Assembly (NCBI GenBank): GCA_009784685.1
Contig: WRBF01000001.1
Coordinates: 2,942-66,941 of the forward strand
DNA: 64,000 bases
DNA from: Defluviitaleaceae bacterium
Lineage (GTDB): Bacteria > Bacillota > Clostridia > Lachnospirales > WRBF01
Reading direction: 5' to 3'
Below are positions 58,995-64,000 of the stretch, in pieces. A model generated the notes under the pieces. The model did no database searches and was not told the DNA's origin. It worked only from the letters and a program-made list of their open reading frames with translations. A program made the translations under genes and the position numbers. Position 1 is the stretch's first letter, and every line of letters starts with the position of its first letter.

Positions 58995-60389
58995 ATGGAG
59001 TTTGATAATTCAGCGGCTTGGGATAATGACTTTAGTCATGGACATTCAGATCAGCAGCAGTTATATCAAGACATTAAGCATGTTCCGCCAAATGATCAAG
59101 AAGCGGAACAGGCTGTTTTAAGCTGCATGCTTTTCGATCGGGATTCGATTGCTGCCGCTTATGAGCTTATATCATCAGATGATTTTTACCGCCCTGACAA
59201 TGCGGCTGTTTATGATGCAATGATAGAATTGTTTATGAAAAACATCCCTGTAGATGCTATCACGCTTAAAAACAAACTGGCAGAAAACGGCGTTCTTGAT
59301 GTAGTTGGTGGAATTGAATATATATCCTATTTAGTCGGGAATTACTATAGCTCTTCAAATGTTGCACAATATATAAAAATTGTCGAAGAGCGGTCAACTC
59401 TTCGCAGACTTATAAAAGCAGGAAGCAACATTGCAAGCGCAGGTTATGAAGGGAAAGAATCTGTCGAGAACATACTGGCTGATGCTGAGAAAACAATATT
59501 TAACATCGCTCAAAAAAGAAACACGACGGATTTTTCACATATTGAAGCTGTGCTTCAAGGTTCTATAAGCCGGATTGAAGAAATCTATTCTTCAAAGGGT
59601 AAACTGACCGGAATTGCTACAGGCTTTCATGATTTTGACCATTACACAGCAGGACTTCAACGTTCTGATCTTGTTTTAGTTGCCGCACGCCCTTCAATGG
59701 GTAAAACAGCGTTTGCTCTTAATATGGCGCAGTATGCCGCTGTACGTCAAAATATGCCTGTTTGTATTTTCAGTCTGGAGATGTCAAAAGAACAGCTTGC
59801 AACAAGGCTTTTATGTGCTGAAGCTATGATTGACTCTCAAAAGCTTCGAAATGGTGATTTAGCAGATGATGATTGGGATAATATCTTTAAAGCAGTTGAA
59901 TCGTTATCAAGGGCACCGCTTTATATAGATGATACACCGGGTATTACCGTTAATGAGCTTCGTGCGAAGTGCCGTAAAATGAAGCTTGAAAAAGGTCTTG
60001 ACCTCGTAATGGTTGACTATTTACAGCTTATGTCAGGCGGAAGCAGATCAAACTCACGCCAAGAAGAAATTTCTGAAATTTCACGATCTTTAAAAGCTGT
60101 AGCAAGGGAAATAAACGCACCTCTTATAGCACTTTCACAGTTGAGCCGTGCTTGTGAATCACGTGCGGATCACCGCCCGATGCTTTCAGATTTAAGAGAG
60201 TCAGGGGCAATTGAGCAGGATGCTGATATTGTTACGTTTTTGTATAGAGATGAATATTATAACCCGGAAAATGATGACTCTCGTGGCAAGGCTGAATTAA
60301 TTATCGCTAAGCAGCGTAACGGCCCAACGGGAACTGTACATCTTACTTGGCTTCCGCATTATACAAAGTTTGGAAGTGCTGCAAAATGA
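58995..60389 (+). CDS. dnaB: Replicative DNA helicase
   Basis: AARPSMGKT, FSLEM, DYLQL, ALSQLSR, DLRESGAIEQDAD, KQRNGPTG. Confidence 0.97.
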   Translation: MEFDNSAAWDNDFSHGHSDQQQLYQDIKHVPPNDQEAEQAVLSCMLFDRDSIAAAYELISSDDFYRPDNAAVYDAMIELFMKNIPVDAITLKNKLAENGVLDVVGGIEYISYLVGNYYSSSNVAQYIKIVEERSTLRRLIKAGSNIASAGYEGKESVENILADAEKTIFNIAQKRNTTDFSHIEAVLQGSISRIEEIYSSKGKLTGIATGFHDFDHYTAGLQRSDLVLVAARPSMGKTAFALNMAQYAAVRQNMPVCIFSLEMSKEQLATRLLCAEAMIDSQKLRNGDLADDDWDNIFKAVESLSRAPLYIDDTPGITVNELRAKCRKMKLEKGLDLVMVDYLQLMSGGSRSNSRQEEISEISRSLKAVAREINAPLIALSQLSRACESRADHRPMLSDLRESGAIEQDADIVTFLYRDEYYNPENDDSRGKAELIIAKQRNGPTGTVHLTWLPHYTKFGSAAK

Positions 60390-61405
60390 TTACTATACGT
60401 AAACGAACCGAAAATTATGAGACAGAAAATTTATCCGAATATGCTGCTAAAAGTTCTGAAACTAAAGGACGTAAAAAACCATGTGATAAATGTGATGTTA
60501 GAACGGATTTTCAGCGTGACCGAGACCGTATAACACACTCTAAAGCGTTTCGCCGCCTTATGCATAAAACACAGGTTTTTATATTTCCTGACAGTGACCA
60601 CTGCCGCACAAGATTGACTCATACGATAGAAGTTTCACAAATATCACGTGCAATTTCACGTGCGCTTAGGTTAAATGATGATTTAACAGAAGCGATAGCA
60701 CTTGGACATGATTTAGGACATACCCCTTTTGGGCATATAGGCGAGAACGTTCTTGCTAAGTTAAATCCTTATGGCTTTGAGCATAATTCACAAAGCGTAA
60801 GGATATTAGAATATCTTGAAAACGGAGGTAAAGGGTTAAACCTTACTGCTGAAGTGCTTGACGGCATTTTTAACCATCGCTCTAAGCTTGAACCTAAAAC
60901 ACTTGAAGGTAAAGTTGTACAGCTTTCAGATAAAATTGCATATGTAAATCATGATATTGATGATGCTGTTCGCGCAGGTCTTATTAAAATGCCTGATTTG
61001 CCTAAAAGTTGTATTGATATACTGGGGGACACAGCAAGCGACCGCATAAATACGCTTATAAACAGCATAATTGAAAACAGCATGGATAAAAATTATGTAA
61101 CAATGGACACGATTGTTTCAGATGCGCTTAAAGGTCTTCGGAAATTTATGTTTGAAAATGTGTACCTTGATGGTGAGCATCTAAAAAACAGCTTTAAAGT
61201 TGAACATACGCTCAAAGGCTTATATGATTATTACATGGGATCGCCGCAAAATATGCCTGCGGAATATATTTCGATGTGGGAATCCGGGAAAGAACTTCCT
61301 GTTGTTGTTTGCGACTATGTTGCAGGTATGACAGACCGATATGTTCTTAAAATTTATTCCGATATGTTTATGCCGGCTGACAAGGTTTGGCAAAGAGGGT
61401 TTTGA
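60386..61405 (+). CDS. dgt: Deoxyguanosinetriphosphate triphosphohydrolase-like HD protein
   Basis: FQRDRDRI.HSKAFRRL.HKTQV, RTRLTH, GHDLGHTPFGH, D.IAY..HD, DY.AGMTD; ATGA overlap with dnaB. Confidence 0.92.
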   Translation: MITIRKRTENYETENLSEYAAKSSETKGRKKPCDKCDVRTDFQRDRDRITHSKAFRRLMHKTQVFIFPDSDHCRTRLTHTIEVSQISRAISRALRLNDDLTEAIALGHDLGHTPFGHIGENVLAKLNPYGFEHNSQSVRILEYLENGGKGLNLTAEVLDGIFNHRSKLEPKTLEGKVVQLSDKIAYVNHDIDDAVRAGLIKMPDLPKSCIDILGDTASDRINTLINSIIENSMDKNYVTMDTIVSDALKGLRKFMFENVYLDGEHLKNSFKVEHTLKGLYDYYMGSPQNMPAEYISMWESGKELPVVVCDYVAGMTDRYVLKIYSDMFMPADKVWQRGF

Positions 61406-61412
61406 TATGCTT

Positions 61413-61997
61413 CTATGACAATTCCCATAAGTACAAACTGGCAACTGATCCATAAGGCGAATATTTCTTGCGGTATTTTTCAAAATCTGCTTTTGTCACT
61501 TTCTCTATTCCATACAAATTCATTATTCCTCGCCGGATAGCTAAATCACTGTAGCTTAAAATATCGTAACGTTTAAGCGAAAAAAGAAGCAGCATTTCAG
61601 CAGTCCAAACTCCTATGCCGGGTAAGGCAGTCAATCGACTTATGACATCTTCATCGGAAAGCTGTGGCAGTATATCAAAATCAATATCTGCCTCTGCTGC
61701 AGATTTTATATAGCCGGCTTTTCTAAGTGACATACCGCATTTTTGTATGAGATTTATATCTAAGGATTGGATTGAATTTTGTGTTATGTTTCCTGCTAAA
61801 GTTGTAAGCCGATTAAAGATTGTAACAGCTGCTTTGCTTGATATTTGTTGACTTATAATGCTTGAAACAAGCGAAGTAAAAATATCATCGTTTACTTCAC
61901 GCTCAATAAAGCCTAGATCATCTATTGCTTTTCCGAGTTTTTTATCTCTCTTTTTTAAATGTTCTACCTCTTTTTGTCCATATTCAAATATCGGCAT
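61413..61997 (-). CDS. DNA-3-methyladenine glycosylase II (AlkA/HhH-GPD family)
   Basis: II.QQIS..AA, LPGIG.WTAEM HhH, DLAIRRG, PY.SVASLYLW. Confidence 0.9.
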   Translation of the reverse strand: MPIFEYGQKEVEHLKKRDKKLGKAIDDLGFIEREVNDDIFTSLVSSIISQQISSKAAVTIFNRLTTLAGNITQNSIQSLDINLIQKCGMSLRKAGYIKSAAEADIDFDILPQLSDEDVISRLTALPGIGVWTAEMLLLFSLKRYDILSYSDLAIRRGIMNLYGIEKVTKADFEKYRKKYSPYGSVASLYLWELS

Positions 61998-62586
61998 TTT
62001 CTTCCACTTCTTCCGTTAGTTCTTCAATAGGTTTTGCTATAAGCTCATCCAATATATTTTTATACTTCTGATTCACATTTTTTTTCCAATTTGCGCAAAT
62101 AAGTTTCGCTTGTTCCCTTGTCACTACGGTAATAGTGATATCCATAAGCGTTTTTTCATCTTCACAAAGACCACATTTCACTATAAACTCGTTATTTGTA
62201 TGCTCATAAAAATAATTTGCCGTTGTCTCGTAATCTTTTTTAATATCATTGCGGTTTTTTGCAACATATTGAACAATCTTTGTCCTAATTTCAATAGCAA
62301 GATGTTTTTCAAAATATTCAAGAATTGTGTTGCCCTCGGCGGTTATAAAATATCTTGTTTTATCTGTATCACGGAATTTTTCAAGATAGTTATCATCTAT
62401 CATGTCACTTATTGTGGACTGCAACACATAGTACGTCATAAAGTTATCTTCCAAGACAAACTGAGTTATTTCGCTGTTTGAAAGCGGAATATCCATTTTA
62501 TCAATTAGATATAAAATCAAAAGCTTATTTTGTACAACATCCACTGTATCTTGAAAAAGGCTTGATTGTTGATAAATTTCGTTCAT
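61984..62586 (-). CDS. DUF4364 family protein
   Basis: KLLILY, N..IT.F.L.....YY.LQ, Y.IT..G...L..F, A..IC.NW. Confidence 0.8.
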   Translation of the reverse strand: MNEIYQQSSLFQDTVDVVQNKLLILYLIDKMDIPLSNSEITQFVLEDNFMTYYVLQSTISDMIDDNYLEKFRDTDKTRYFITAEGNTILEYFEKHLAIEIRTKIVQYVAKNRNDIKKDYETTANYFYEHTNNEFIVKCGLCEDEKTLMDITITVVTREQAKLICANWKKNVNQKYKNILDELIAKPIEELTEEVEENADI

Positions 62587-62668
62587 TATTCACATTCTCC
62601 ACAAGTTTTAGAAGCTAGAAGGGTATTATAAGGTATAATTATAGTTGTTGCAATAGATGTTATCCACA
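62586..62668 (+). promoter_or_regulatory. Cluster of DnaA-box-like 9-mers
   Basis: TTATTCACA (62586), TTCTCCACA (62595), TTATCCACA (62660), same orientation. Confidence 0.4.
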
Positions 62669-62814
62669 GATTGCATCAGCATTTACGCGTAAAGCACGTC
62701 AATCTTACTGTTTTCTTTGGACTATAATAAATCTTAACAATGTTGCAAATGATATATCCAACTGCTATAATCATATACGAAATTGTATTATCTTGGCGAA
62801 AGGGGGAACATTAA

Positions 62815-64000
62815 TTGGATCGCAAAAGAAGCTCAGGGATGCTTTTAAAAACGATAATTGTTGTTCTTGTTCTTGCTATAATGGTTGCATCTGTTGCTTT
62901 TTTTTCTATATGGAGAGCATTTGAGGCATCAAATGCTCAACTTAGAACAAGACATATTCCTGTTAATGTTCGTGTTATAGAAGGCGAAGGTATTTATAGC
63001 AGCTTTGAGGCTAAATCACAGATAGTACGCTATGGCCGCTTAGTTAGTACATCCCCTATTCATCCATATAACGTTGTTGAACGATTCAGTGGTGTCTTGT
63101 TTCCTTTGCAAGACGTTCTTAGGGTTCATGTTTTGGAATTCGAATATGCTGCTCTTTCTGATATGAGAGCTTTTGGGTATGAAAATGTACAAATTCATCA
63201 AATATATGCAATTGATTTTAACGCAGATGCGACATTAAGTGTGATATCAGCAATGCTGTCTGTTACAGGAAGTGGCGGCGAAACAACTTTTATACCTTAT
63301 GTTAGGTTTGGCAATTATGCTGTTACACATACATTTGGTTTAGGCATGAAAACTATTGACGAAGTATTTGAAAAATACTTGTATGTATTTGGATTTTCAG
63401 GTGCGCCTCTTGTAAGCGGTTCCGGTGATATTAGACATAGAAGAATCCCTCCTCAAGCAGTTGACTTTGAAAACATATCCCCTGTAAACCGCTCAATTAT
63501 AAAAGGTGATTTCCTTTCGCCAAACTCATTTACAAACAATGGTGACATAAATATAACCGCAAGTTTTGACACTGTGATACCTTTTAACCTCCCCGGGCAA
63601 AATACTATAAGCATTAACCTGCAAAATGAAACCGCAGAGATCCGGACTATCGAAGCTATTCTAACCGTTTATGATGGAAAACGACACATCACACAAGAAG
63701 CTGATTCAAACGGAGAGTATATGAATCTAGGTCGCTTTTTTGCTCCGTCTACTGACTTGAGCAATATAAACTTTATAACTAATGAAATTGCTGATAATGA
63801 AATGGTTTTTGATTCTTCTGTTCCCGGGTTTTACTACAAGTCTGTTGAAATTGACGGAGATGTGAGTCATTTAACAATTTCGGTCATTGATACAACGCCG
63901 CCAATTGCGGAATCAAACATAGTTACGACAGCAATAGGTTTCCCTGTATCAGCAGAAGCCTTTGTGCAAAATATACACGATTATTCGTCTGTAAGCGTTA
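62815..64000 (+). CDS. Membrane-anchored extracellular protein with Ig-like repeat, partial (runs off right edge)
   Basis: Read manually: TTG at 62815 after AAGGGGG; N-terminal TM; in-frame VIDTTPP..AEAFVQNIHD near the window end; interior not checked codon by codon. Confidence 0.7.
   Translation, partial: MDRKRSSGMLLKTIIVVLVLAIMVASVAFFSIWRAFEASNAQLRTRHIPVNVRVIEGEGIYSSFEAKSQIVRYGRLVSTSPIHPYNVVERFSGVLFPLQDVLRVHVLEFEYAALSDMRAFGYENVQIHQIYAIDFNADATLSVISAMLSVTGSGGETTFIPYVRFGNYAVTHTFGLGMKTIDEVFEKYLYVFGFSGAPLVSGSGDIRHRRIPPQAVDFENISPVNRSIIKGDFLSPNSFTNNGDINITASFDTVIPFNLPGQNTISINLQNETAEIRTIEAILTVYDGKRHITQEADSNGEYMNLGRFFAPSTDLSNINFITNEIADNEMVFDSSVPGFYYKSVEIDGDVSHLTISVIDTTPPIAESNIVTTAIGFPVSAEAFVQNIHDYSSVSV

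Noticed and set aside
1-64000. Many short antisense or overlapping ORFs in the track (e.g. 2538-3161, 22063-22617, 37960-38316)
   Set aside because: Shadows of well-supported genes, with no RBS or recognisable motifs.
1-64000. CRISPR arrays, tRNA/rRNA genes, IS elements, prophage
   Set aside because: Intergenic gaps are short, and I saw no spaced repeats, cloverleaf motifs, transposases or phage genes.

Overview
A low-GC, AT-rich chromosomal segment from a spore-forming Clostridia-like Firmicute, mostly housekeeping genes. It carries aroF, pxpABC, nadE, rqcH, deoC/deoD/cdd, iscR-iscS-iscU-mnmA, ftsQ-ftsZ, metNIQ, dacF, miaB-ylbF-mutS-mutL-miaA, buk-pduL, tyrS, SRP RNA, deoB, purK-purE, comM, dprA-topA-codY and rplI-dnaB-dgt. 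I saw no CRISPR array, rRNA, tRNA, transposase or integrase. Best observations: (1) a glutaredoxin-like selenoprotein (UxxC, in-frame TGA plus SECIS-like hairpin) that the ORF track truncates; (2) a four-gene operon joining an MscS channel, a receiver-only response regulator, a histidine kinase with almost no external sensor domain and a RelP-like alarmone synthetase; (3) a yyaL/DUF255 gene split by a 17-nt palindromic insertion into two ORFs with an ATGA stop/start overlap; (4) butyrate kinase paired with PduL instead of Ptb; (5) a shortened CodY with an altered recognition helix; (6) divergent comM/dprA promoters built on one perfect palindrome. All product calls come from motif recognition by eye; no database search was run.
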